From Cirrosporium novae-zelandiae (Eukaryota), in the NCBI GenBank assembly GCA_026023565.1, contig JAPETS010000017.1, positions 124,001-188,000 on the forward strand: DNA of 64,000 bases, in the 5' to 3' direction. Positions 53,501 through 64,000 of this stretch are shown one piece after another. The notes beneath the pieces are model-generated. The model had not been told where the DNA came from and ran no database searches. It saw only the letters and a list, made by a program, of their open reading frames with translations. Every line of letters begins with the position of its first letter. The stretch's first letter is position 1. Position numbers and translations under genes: made by a program.

Positions 53501-56500
53501 TCTATGGGTATTCTTTTCCTCTCCTAGCTGTCATATCTAGGCGCAATAAAAGATCACAAAGCTGTCAGAAAAGAAAAACCGGACAGGCGAGCGAGACTCA
53601 ACACATATGCTACACAACTAAAACCCTTTACGGACCATAACACAAATTATCTACACACGTAAGAATCCCCTCCACCAACACCACCATATAGCAACCAGAG
53701 AAAAGAATCCGGGAAGACATTGGAAAGGAAGCGAACAGCTTGTGTTAAAGTTTTCTGCCTCAACCGATAGCGAATTGGACTTTGAAAGCACCGCAGGAGA
53801 TACTCTGAACTTGCCTGACATCAAAGTGCTACTAGAGACGATTGCTAATGAAGTTCATACAGTCGAGAGCACTGACCTACATCCCACCCACGGAGAAGGG
53901 AAGATGATGAGAAGGGGCATGGTCTTCTAGGCTCTCCGCAGGGGTTAGGCGTCTCGCTACGTTGGTGGGTTCATGGGTTCACAAGCCACCGTAGGCTAGT
54001 GCTCACGATGCAGGTAGCTGAGGTATTACCTAACTAAGTCGACACAGAAAGGGGAAATCGAAAAATCCTTTTTTCTTATTATATTTCTTTAGAGTAGTTA
54101 TCTCCAAATATTTTGCTCGGGGGGTGATGCCGGCCCCACAGTCCGGATATGATGCATTTTTCACATGTGTTGCAATTATCAATATTCTCCACCCACAGAA
54201 AAGCGGCCAAAGTCTTTCTTTATAATCATCGAGTTGTATACACCGTTTGTTACCCATCTCTATATAAAAGTATTCAAACAAGCAGAATGCCCCTGTTGTT
54301 TTCGAAACCATCCTATCCTTTCAAAGTCTCGGTCACCTCCCTAACCCTACCTGCATAGCATATCCACCCCGTACCACCAAACCTCCATCACAGACAAGCA
54401 TAGTCTTCGTCTTCAAATTCCTCTCGGAGCCATCCTGACTCACCCCTTATGATCCCTAGCTACGTCTGTCCCCCCTGGTCCATTCATTCAATCTTTCGTT
54501 GAATGATCTTACTCTACACACTCTTTACATAATAAATCAAGAATGCTATAGTTGTTGCTTAACAATATCCGAGACCTTTGCATATTAGTATCTATCCCCT
54601 TACCCGTCAAAAAAATTTGATTCTTATTGGTCCCGCCCCGCCATCTCTCTCTCTCCGTCGCTTCCTGGGGAGGAGGAGAATGATAATTCATTTGGGTAAC
54701 TTGCCTTCTTCCCCTCGTTCCACCGCTAGATGATGGTATCAATCCCATGAACTTCCCAGCCAATACCAAGCTACGCTAGGTAGTAGAGGCCTTAGAAATG
54801 ACCGTTTTACCTTCCCGAGTGGCTTCCCTACATTTTCTCCTTCTACGCCCTTGTTTTTCATGTTCTCCTAACATTCTCACATTTTACCCCTCTATTCTTT
54901 TTTCATTAACTTTCTGTTACTCGGGCTCTTTTTTTTCCCCAAAGAATCATATTCTGCAGTGTACAGTTCATGATTAATGAAAGTATATATGCCACTCCAA
55001 GTGGGTGCAGCCGGTCCGGCCCGTTCCTGCGGCCGTTCCTGTCTTTGTGGCTCCTCTTCCTGCAGCTATGGCTCCTTTCGTAGGCTCCGGCCCTATGTCA
55101 ATTTCCTCCGACTCGGAACCAGAAAATTGTACATGGGACGCAGTGAATAGGAACAGTAGCTGTGGTTATTTCACCACTTCCAAACACATCGAGGCTAGAC
55201 ATATTCAGATTATTCCACCCTCTAGGCAAAGGCAAACAGCCATATCGATCGAGAGCCTTTCGAAAGGTAAAACATTTCCCGGCAGCGTAGAAAGCTATTT
55301 CTTCGATCCTGGCCAAAATCTTTGATAGGAGACTCTCTCAGTAGGGACTCCTTGCGGGAATGCAGAAATTGCAACATTTCTTTTCCTTCAAAGCCGATGA
55401 TGGTGATTCATTTTATTGTGTCCGCATGTCTCTTCAAAGATGGTAGAAAGGTTGAAATTTTGCATTAGGACAAATTCTCTATTTGAACGTTAATAACCTG
55501 ACTTTAATAGGTGCAATGAGTAAGGACCGCATCATCATCATCACGATCATCATCAGGCTTAGCTCCCGGCCCTCTGGTGGTGAAAAATCAATCTGGAATC
55601 CCCCCACACCAGGAACAATATTTTCTTTTTCCTCCCCAAGTTGTCAAAGTCCCTGTGAGTCTCTCCTTTACCTCATCCTGTCCTCACTTTACCAGTATTT
55701 CTTCCCTGTTTTCTGTTTTTCAAATCATTATCTCTTACTACTTTTCCCCTTCATCATCTACCCCTCTCCCTTATCACTCATTCCGCTCTTACTCCGCATT
55801 TCCTCCATACTCGAACCTTATTGTCTTGTGTTCATGTCTTATTCTCTTTGGATCTTCCCTTTCGAACCAACTCTCAATTTAGTCAAGGCGAGAGCGGCAC
55901 ATCGACTGGATGCCGTCACTTCACTTTTCTCTTCTATTATTATAATTTCTCCAAACTGTTGCTACTGATGCAGATACTCACTATTCTTTGGGAAAAGAGT
56001 AGAACATATAACAATCAATGCCGCTGGAAATAAATCGGTGATCTAACAAGCAAGACAGACGGTCCTTTGAACGTAACTTGCCATGGGATCTTGTGGTCAT
56101 ACTGTAAGATATATTACCCTTTCTCCGTGTTACTAGGGACTATTGGGCTTAAGTATGAGAAGAAAATAAGACTGACCCGCCTCTAAGAAAGTTTGTTGTA
56201 GATTGTATTCCTGTTCCGTTTCCATAATGATGAATGTTCTTTTTTTTGCATTCGTCAATGAGAGAACATATACATGACAGGCAGCTCCAGGATGCATATG
56301 CAAAATTGTGAACACACACAGAGAAAACTTTAATATCATCTTACGCACCGAGCGTACTAGACCAGACAGAGCAAGAGAAGAAAACAACCTGGGAGCTGAA
56401 ATCCGGAGATAGACAGACCCACAATAATCTATGACTCGGAATGAATGCTCTTGACGAGTCCAGGGTTCAGATAGATGCCTAACGTGGAACTCTCTTGCTG

Positions 56501-59206
56501 GTGCACTCTCCTTCCATTGAAATCTATAATACAGAGCACCACTGCATAAGCTTCGTCGACAACGTCTAATTAACTCCGACACGGATAGGATATTGACACA
56601 ATTCAGTACTCAAATTGACCAACTCCCATTCATTCAAAGCCCATATGTCAAATTCATCAAAAGACATTAATTATGTGCACCATTTTGTCAAGGGATAAGC
56701 TAACCCTAGACCAAAAAGGAACATGCAAGTTTCCATCACGCCTATGCAACGATAGCAGAGACCCATATAACCAGCTGCATATAACTTCCGAACGGCTATC
56801 TATCTAAGAGACTCATGTTATATATACATAGCCCCCATTACCCCCCCCCTATATATCGAATGGCGCAGGGTGTGAAGAGACATAGACCCTACACGGTGAC
56901 CGGGTTGGTACCCATCGGTTTACCACCTATATATACCGTTTCACACCACACCATTACAATAGATTTCATCCTAGAGACTCCCAGGAGATTATATTTTCGA
57001 CACTTTCGTTGACATAGTGACTGATAAATATTCGGAACGAGAGTTTCTTTGATCCTCAACATATTTAATTAAAGGAGGAGACACTCGACCTTGGAATGCT
57101 AGCCTAGGGGCGATGATTATAGAAAAATAATCAATAAGCTGCAAAATACTGTACATGAAATACCTGCCCACAGTGGGTGGCATGCATATCTACTAGGTTT
57201 TTTTTGGCCCTCGCCGCTTTCGAATAGCCAGTGACCGTAAAAAATGATAGATTGCCACGCGCACAAAGCTGTTTATCAATTATAAGCTCGAGGCTCGCTC
57301 GTCGTCTGGCACCTTTACGATAATAACCACACGTTTATATGAACCAAAAAAAAATCACCAATGCCAAACTTAGATCTTACCTCACCTTGTCTTACTTTTT
57401 AGTTAGTTAGATGCCCCCTTTGCAGAAGTTAGCTGTATTCATTATCTATTATAAATACTTTCCATTCTTTTTAATACTAAACCGACCATAAAAAAAAAAA
57501 CTGTATTTTCTAGGAAGGGTAAACTGGTAGTAGTAGCTAGAGAGATGGTGAATTGTCGTTATAAAGAATATGCGGGTTTTATTTGAAGAATGGTTGGCAT
57601 AATCTTCTGTAGGGCCTCAAAGCCATAATCTTCTATCGCTAGCCAATAATTTAATATTTCGCTGAGCTTGCTTGCATGCTGTTACGCCATAGCTTTGCCT
57701 CGATCAGGTCGTCCATGCACAACAATCGGAAGCACGAATACATTGATACCTTTAATACGGAGGAGCCACCGACGTTTTGATTTGTTCAGCAAATGTCGGT
57801 AATTACGGCCTAGATTTCCGAGGATTATCAAGACCATTAACTAGTTTATTTATCAGCGTCTGTAAGATTGAAGTATATCATTCTTGAGGAAGTGCATAAA
57901 CTCCTTATTAGACTAAAAATTCGGTGATCAAATTGGCATATTTAGCTCATTAGCTATAGAGGAAGAGAAGGTTCAAAGTGATTGCCTTCAATTCGCTAGT
58001 TGAGAAATGAAAAGGATTTCTCCTCTCAAGCGAATGAAAGAGACTGCTAAAAGTAGTTAATTAAATCGAGACTGTACCTGGCATGGCTATGTAGGAAGTT
58101 GGCGATAACCTGGTTATTTTCCAGTGGACGACCACGGTCCGTAAAGTTATAGTGGAGCTTCTAGTTGCAGGTTCCGCCGCTCGAGCTCCCGTGGGCGGGC
58201 TCCGGCCCAATGTCTATTTACTCTAGCTGCTAGTAAAACCAGAGTATAAACTTCGACGCTCAAACCACATCTTACCACAGGTTAGAAAATGGCTATTCAC
58301 CCTCACTGTAACCCATCTACGTATGCGCAATCTCTTTAGGCATAGTGTACTCCTCGAATCTCAAAGGGGAGGGAGGGATCTTAGGATTGAAATTGATGGC
58401 CCGTATTTGTATTTGCGCTAGCATTTACAAATAGCCACTCTTCGGTAATCGGAACATTCCTGCTGTGACTTACTTTTTGGCAAAAGTGAAACAGCTTTAT
58501 TGGTCCAGCAACGCGCCGCTGTGGCCCGATTCTTGCGATTCTGGTCTGAGAGTATGGAAACTTGAATGAAAATCCTCTAAGAGATGGATGCGACCGACCA
58601 TGTATGGAATTAAGCGAAAGGTAACGAGAGGGTCCTCGATAGGGAAAAGGATGATTGGTGAGGAAATCGGCAAAAACGATAAGGAGATGGCCGGCCAGGA
58701 TAATTCCTGTATATTTCCTGTCCAATGGGAGGGACATTGACTAGTAGGCTGGCGAAAAATGAAGGAGCCCAGTGCGGAGATTGTACAGATGGAAAAAGAG
58801 GCTCCGAAGAGGGATTCCCTTCTTGTTGTTGGACTGCAAATCGTCGGGTGATTGTGGCGTAGCAGATAAGCTTATATTTTCTATTACTAACCCTTGCTGG
58901 TAGCCAGGGCCGCAAGCTAGCGAGACTTCCGCGCCTGTCAGATGAACCCTGATACTGGAAAAGGCTAAATCTAGGAGAAATCGGTGTAACACTCTTGGGC
59001 TCCTAGATGATAACACTGACCCACTGTGGCTCCAACACGTTATACTCATCTGATATAGGTATCGTCGGTGTAGAGGTGGTCTAACATAGTTAGACCATGT
59101 TTTCCATAATTCGTAATTCCTGACCAGAGAATAGTAGACAAAGTATTTTCGTTCTTCGTGCTTTTCATTGTTATTCAACATCACCATTATTATCATCGTC
59201 ATCATT

Positions 59207-60124
59207 ATGCCGTCAATCCAAAGGGCTTTTGCAGATTCCTCCCTAGGTGAAGTTCATTATCGATATCTCCTAACCGACAATGAGCCGAAGAAACGTCCGA
59301 TTGTCTTTCTGCACACGTCCGCCTCGTCCTCCGCAAACTGTGAGAAAATGATGAAAATGTTTGCGCCTCTGGGTCATGATTGCTACGCTCCCGACATGCC
59401 AGGATTTGGGGAGTCGTTCGACCCGGCGGAAGACCCCGTCAACATAGCCTGGTATGTACATGTATACGCAGAGGTGTTTCAGGATATCGGATTCTTCGAC
59501 GACGGCTTCCATATTGTTGGATACCATGCTGGAGCTTCCATCGCGATCGAGATGGAGACACTGTATATGAACGTGATTCGAAGTATATGTATGATTGGGC
59601 CAATAATCATGTTGGATCGGGAGCGGGCAATGATGAGGAAGGATTTTCAGAGCGTATTCAACAAGCCTATACTAGACGGGTCCGGTTTGACCAAGGCATG
59701 GAAATATCTGGCGGAGCTTGGCGTGGGGGACAATGTCGAGTCCAAACACAGAGAAGCTCTTAATCATACAAGAGCATGGAAGGGAAGATACCAGATATAT
59801 AACGCCGTGTTGAATCAGGACTCGGAAGCTGTGTTCGTCCAAGTCAGTTGTCCGGTAATGGCATTGCGTGCACGGGATGACATTTTATGGCCATACTTTG
59901 ACAACGTGCAAAAGATCAGACCAGGAACCAGGGTCGAGGAGATTAAAGGTGCAGATTTCGAACCAGATAGGGATGCGGAGGGAATCTATGAAGAGTATAC
60001 AGACTTTCTGCGGTCAGTGGAGAAATGGGACACCAAGCATGGGATCTCTGTTGAATTCGGCGAGAAAGAGCTTGAAAAGAGAGCTGAACTTGTTTGCATG
60101 CTTTGGAAAGCACAGGCTTGCTAA
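59207..60124 (+). CDS. Alpha/beta hydrolase-fold protein with a non-canonical nucleophile elbow; intronless
   Basis: IVFLHTSASSS, YAPDMPGFGES, FHIVGYHAGASIA, VSCPVMAL. Confidence 0.85.
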   Translation: MPSIQRAFADSSLGEVHYRYLLTDNEPKKRPIVFLHTSASSSANCEKMMKMFAPLGHDCYAPDMPGFGESFDPAEDPVNIAWYVHVYAEVFQDIGFFDDGFHIVGYHAGASIAIEMETLYMNVIRSICMIGPIIMLDRERAMMRKDFQSVFNKPILDGSGLTKAWKYLAELGVGDNVESKHREALNHTRAWKGRYQIYNAVLNQDSEAVFVQVSCPVMALRARDDILWPYFDNVQKIRPGTRVEEIKGADFEPDRDAEGIYEEYTDFLRSVEKWDTKHGISVEFGEKELEKRAELVCMLWKAQAC

Positions 60125-61354
60125 AATGTTGATTTCATGTGAAAACAAAGGAGCAAAAGGCGTAACTCATGGGTGGCATTGTCGATGGAGTTAGTGGGTT
60201 ATGGTTTGATATGGAATAGATGTATATAGAGGTCATAATGATTCACGATAGAGGGTTAGATTAATCCGAGATATATCTCCAAATCTATCTTCTCCCTTAT
60301 TTCAAGATATATTTGCTTGGGATTGTCAGTAATTGATGAAGAAGGAATAATATAATGAGTTGATGAAGACTTGAGTCAACGGCGGAATGGGATATTCGCT
60401 CGGAAAAATCATGTTTGCTTGGTTTGCAGAGTGCTTTACTAGGAAATTGAGGCGTGGGGGTAGCGCAGGTATATTCCTCCGTCCAATGCCATCATGTATC
60501 GGAAGCTATGCTAGCTCCCGAAATCATGTGATGAAGAACAAACATAACAAACATCATTACAACACACAACACTACCAATTGTCATGGTTGCAACTATTCC
60601 CAATTTATATATCCACCTTTGTTCCCTCTTCTAGGTGACGGTTCAATAGTATTCCAAACTCTAGCGATGTTTCTAGGAGTTCTAGTGACGATTTAAACGA
60701 CGAGAATCTCTCTTTGGGCGATAATATAAATGATATGGAACAGCTTGATAACGGCTGCGACGAAGAGACTAACGAAAATGAATCAATTGGGACTGCTTCA
60801 GACTTTGGATAGATCAGATGTTGGTTTTTAAACTAAGAGTTTTCTGTCTTTCGTGTATTATTTTTTGCTTCAAACCTATTAGTATTAATTTAAGCCTTTG
60901 ATTTCTATAAATTCATCTTCAATTCCCACCCCCTATTGTTCATCCTGGCCTTCTGATACCCCAAGGCATATTCCAAACAGCGACGTCTTAGCGTCTTAGC
61001 AATAGTCTGGGAGCTCAGAGGTACATAAAATCGTTCTACAATTGGGAAATAGACTGAATGTAAGTGGGTGTTCTTCTTTTTGCTTGTTGCTATAGCTAAT
61101 TTGAGCTGCAAGGTTTTGCAGGTGTTTAGTTTGTCCGATCGGGTTGATATTTCGACCGCAGCGACCATTGTCGGTACTCCAACATCATGATTTACCTTGA
61201 AGAATCAGACAACATGTGAAGTCTTTGTGGTTATCATTATGATTTAATGTGAAATGTATTTGTAATCAGTAGCTCGATTGCAAGTATATAGTGAGGGCAC
61301 ATCTACCATTTCATAACTCAGAAGTTCTTCTATATCCAATACCAAATACCAAGT

Positions 61355-62368
61355 ATGACCAACAAAACAGTCCTCGTCACCGGTGCCAATGGCTACCTTG
61401 GCCGCGCAGTCTGTCACATCTTCTCCCTTTCAGGATGGACCGTTTACGGTCTGGTGCGCAGTCAGGAAAAGGCGACAGGCCTTGCTCTGGACGAAATCAC
61501 TCCCATCATCGGCTCATCAAGCGATTTGTCTTTCCTGTCCGACAAACTTCAAGACACTGTCTTCGATGTGATTGTGTCTACGACTGAGGATCTAGGAAAT
61601 TACACCCCGCATTTCGAGTCTATCTTGGAGTTGGTCAAAGCCGTTTCTGGGACGGCAAAGAAGCATGGGAAGAAACCGCTCTTACTCTTCACATCTGGGT
61701 CTAAGGATACCGGTGAATCTGGCCTCGAAGGTTCTCCAGACTTCGTCGTTCATGATGAAACTACACCTGATAATAATCAGGTCAAGATCATTGCCCCCCG
61801 TACCGAGAATGCACCTCGTGTCTTCAATTACCAGGATCAGTTCCATGGTGTCGTGATCCGGCCTACTCCCCTCTATGGACACAGCGGTTCATTTTATGGA
61901 CAACTTTTCCATTCTTTCACAACTAATCAGCCTGGCCAAAGTATTGTTATATACGGCGACCCGAAAACGGTCTGGCATGGGGTTCATGTCGACGACTGCG
62001 CTAGGGCATATGAGTTGCTCGCTAGTCAGTTCTACCAGTGTTCTGAGAAGGTGCATGGACAAATTTTCCTTATAGGCAATGAGAAATGGGATACAGTGGG
62101 TGATATAGTGGAGGGGCTTCGGAAGGTGTACGGGGAACGGAAGGTCGAGTGGATGACACCTGATCCAAACAATCAATTTCAGACTCTCATGGCGCATTCA
62201 CAGGCAATTTGCGCAGACAAGATGAGAGCCTTGGGTTGGACGACGAAGAAACCTGCACTCGTTGATTCGATTGACGTGTATGTAGCAGCTTGGGAGGAGG
62301 CAATGAGGATGGAAGATGCAAGGGCCAAAAAAATGTTGGAGATGGTGAATCTGGTGCTCAAAGAATGA
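61355..62368 (+). CDS. NAD(P)-dependent epimerase/dehydratase (atypical/extended SDR); intronless
   Basis: Rossmann motif VLVTGANGYLG, WTVYGLVRS, VIRPTPLYG, VHVDDCARAY. Confidence 0.9.
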   Translation: MTNKTVLVTGANGYLGRAVCHIFSLSGWTVYGLVRSQEKATGLALDEITPIIGSSSDLSFLSDKLQDTVFDVIVSTTEDLGNYTPHFESILELVKAVSGTAKKHGKKPLLLFTSGSKDTGESGLEGSPDFVVHDETTPDNNQVKIIAPRTENAPRVFNYQDQFHGVVIRPTPLYGHSGSFYGQLFHSFTTNQPGQSIVIYGDPKTVWHGVHVDDCARAYELLASQFYQCSEKVHGQIFLIGNEKWDTVGDIVEGLRKVYGERKVEWMTPDPNNQFQTLMAHSQAICADKMRALGWTTKKPALVDSIDVYVAAWEEAMRMEDARAKKMLEMVNLVLKE

Positions 62369-62969
62369 TTGAGGGGAAGTGTAATTCTCGATATTGGAGA
62401 GTATGATTTGGTTATTCTATAGCTAGCTTCCACTTGATGATGATACATATGTCGAGGTAGATAAATCATAGTAGCTGAACACCACGAGTACGCATTGCTT
62501 GAGGTCAGAAATTATCAATCGTAAATTGTTCTTCCTCATCGTGCACCATGCTACTTCTCATATCGTAATGAGTGCTGAAACAAAACAGAGTAAAGGGAAA
62601 GGAAGCTCTCTATGTTAGCGTTGAAATGATGCCATGGCAAAAGGCATTTTGCAATCACAGCAGTATAGAGAAGTGTTATACTAAGATGCTAATGGAAACA
62701 ATAATTGGAGAGTTTATTAAACATTCTACTCTTATAGATGGTACTGGTTTACTATGGTCAAGGATGAGGAAAGCTTGAAATTAGATAAGATATGCTATCC
62801 ACTAATGTATTTAAGCCAAACCACATCTCCCAAGTCCAACGTTTCATTATCACAAATAACTCGGTATTTATGAAACAAAATGATGCTTATGGTCCTTGGC
62901 AAAAGTTTTATATACTCGGAAATCACTGGTATATTCGTATATCAAGTTACAGCTTAATGCTTTAATCTA

Positions 62970-64000
62970 ATGGCTGAATTACAAAAATCGTCAACAGCCA
63001 CCTTTCGGATGTTGCAATCCAACCCCGAACCAGAGGAACCACCGCGCCCAGTAAAACGCGCGAGAGTTACCTTAGCATGCCAGAGGTGCAAGGCAAGGAA
63101 GCAGAAGGTTGGCTCTAAGTCCTGATATTTGGGTTGTCAGTCGTTCGATGCTCTATGGGAGCTTTATGGAAACTCTGCTGACGACTTCTGTTTACAGTGT
63201 GATGGTGCCCATCCAGCTTGCTCAAAATGCAAGGCCCACAAGCTGCCCTGCAAATATATCATACCTAATAAACCAATGCCATTTGGGAAAAATCATTACA
63301 TCAAAGCCCTTGAGAATAAAATTGCTGAATTAAAAAGCTACATTAGAGAAAATTCATTACAATTACAATCGAGTCAGGACGACGTACAGGATGTGCAGAA
63401 CTCTCCCCATTGTCCTTCTGCTTTACAAGATAGCAATCCCCATAGCCCAGAAACAGAAACCTGGCAACCCCAGGAGGAAAATACAACCAATATAACAGAA
63501 GATACTTATGCTTCGGAAAATGATGATAATGAAACCTTTGGATCGCAAAAGGGATTAGATTCCATGGTTGACGTGCTCAGAGATTTGTCGCTAGATGCAA
63601 ATGGCGGTTATATTGGCGCGTCATCTCATGTGAACATAGGGAAACTGATTAGCTCTATAATCAATTCCGGGCGGAGTAAAGACCTTACTGGAAACAGTCA
63701 TGTTCAAGACTCTAGGAACGTTCGTCTACCAACATTGAGTTTAGGAATAGGACAGGAGTGTGAAAGCTTTGGATTCTCAGACGTTCCAGCAGATGTCGCA
63801 GATCGGCTGGTTATTGAATATATGAAACATATTTCCCACCGATGGCCAATCCTTCAGTCTTCGTGGATCCAGAAATTACATCTTAGACGAGACACAATCG
63901 ATAATGTGTTTGAAAAGAGTACCCTTCACCTCATCTATGCCATAGGAGGTTGGTGTCTAGAAACAACTGGGAAGGCCGGAGGATTCTATCCTGAGAAACA
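62970..64000 (+). CDS. Zn(II)2Cys6 fungal transcription factor (3' end outside the window); intron 63108-63197
   Basis: ACQRCKARKQK|CDGAHPACSKCKAHKLPC binuclear cluster, a YIKALENKIAEL dimerisation helix, then an open frame to the window end (GGYIGASS, RWPILQ). Confidence 0.92.

Noticed and set aside
1..64000. tRNA or rRNA genes
   Set aside because: No cloverleaf with recognisable A/B boxes or rRNA-like segment was seen by eye; tRNAscan-SE and Infernal would be needed to exclude them.

Overview
Eukaryotic DNA from a filamentous ascomycete (Pezizomycotina-type short GT-AG introns with CTRAY branch sites). Most of 1-49 kb is housekeeping genes: NUP82 (5'-truncated), TIM23, TRM732/THADA-like, SNX41/ATG20, UBP12, an MDR dehydrogenase, PDA1, HAT1, a ZIP transporter, an F-box/WD40 protein, a PIC2-like phosphate carrier and an NHP10-like HMG protein. 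A ~10 kb gene-poor tract with a 400-bp MITE follows, then an alpha/beta-fold protein, an NAD-dependent epimerase/dehydratase and a Zn2Cys6 factor that runs off the window. The highlight lies between PDA1 and HAT1: a divergently transcribed two-gene cassette that the ORF track only shows in fragments. It has a 4-exon DUF3328/UstYa-family oxidase (30752-31851, minus; both HXXHC motifs intact) and a 4-exon secreted Kex2-processed repeat precursor (33851-34742, plus; 246 aa). The precursor encodes 23 Trp-initiated cores of consensus W-[DE]-T-x-[LIV]-[DE], with dibasic sites and X-Pro/X-Ala spacers. This looks like a candidate fungal dikaritin-type RiPP system with Tyr-free, Trp-led cores. All gene models were built by eye; no database searches were run.
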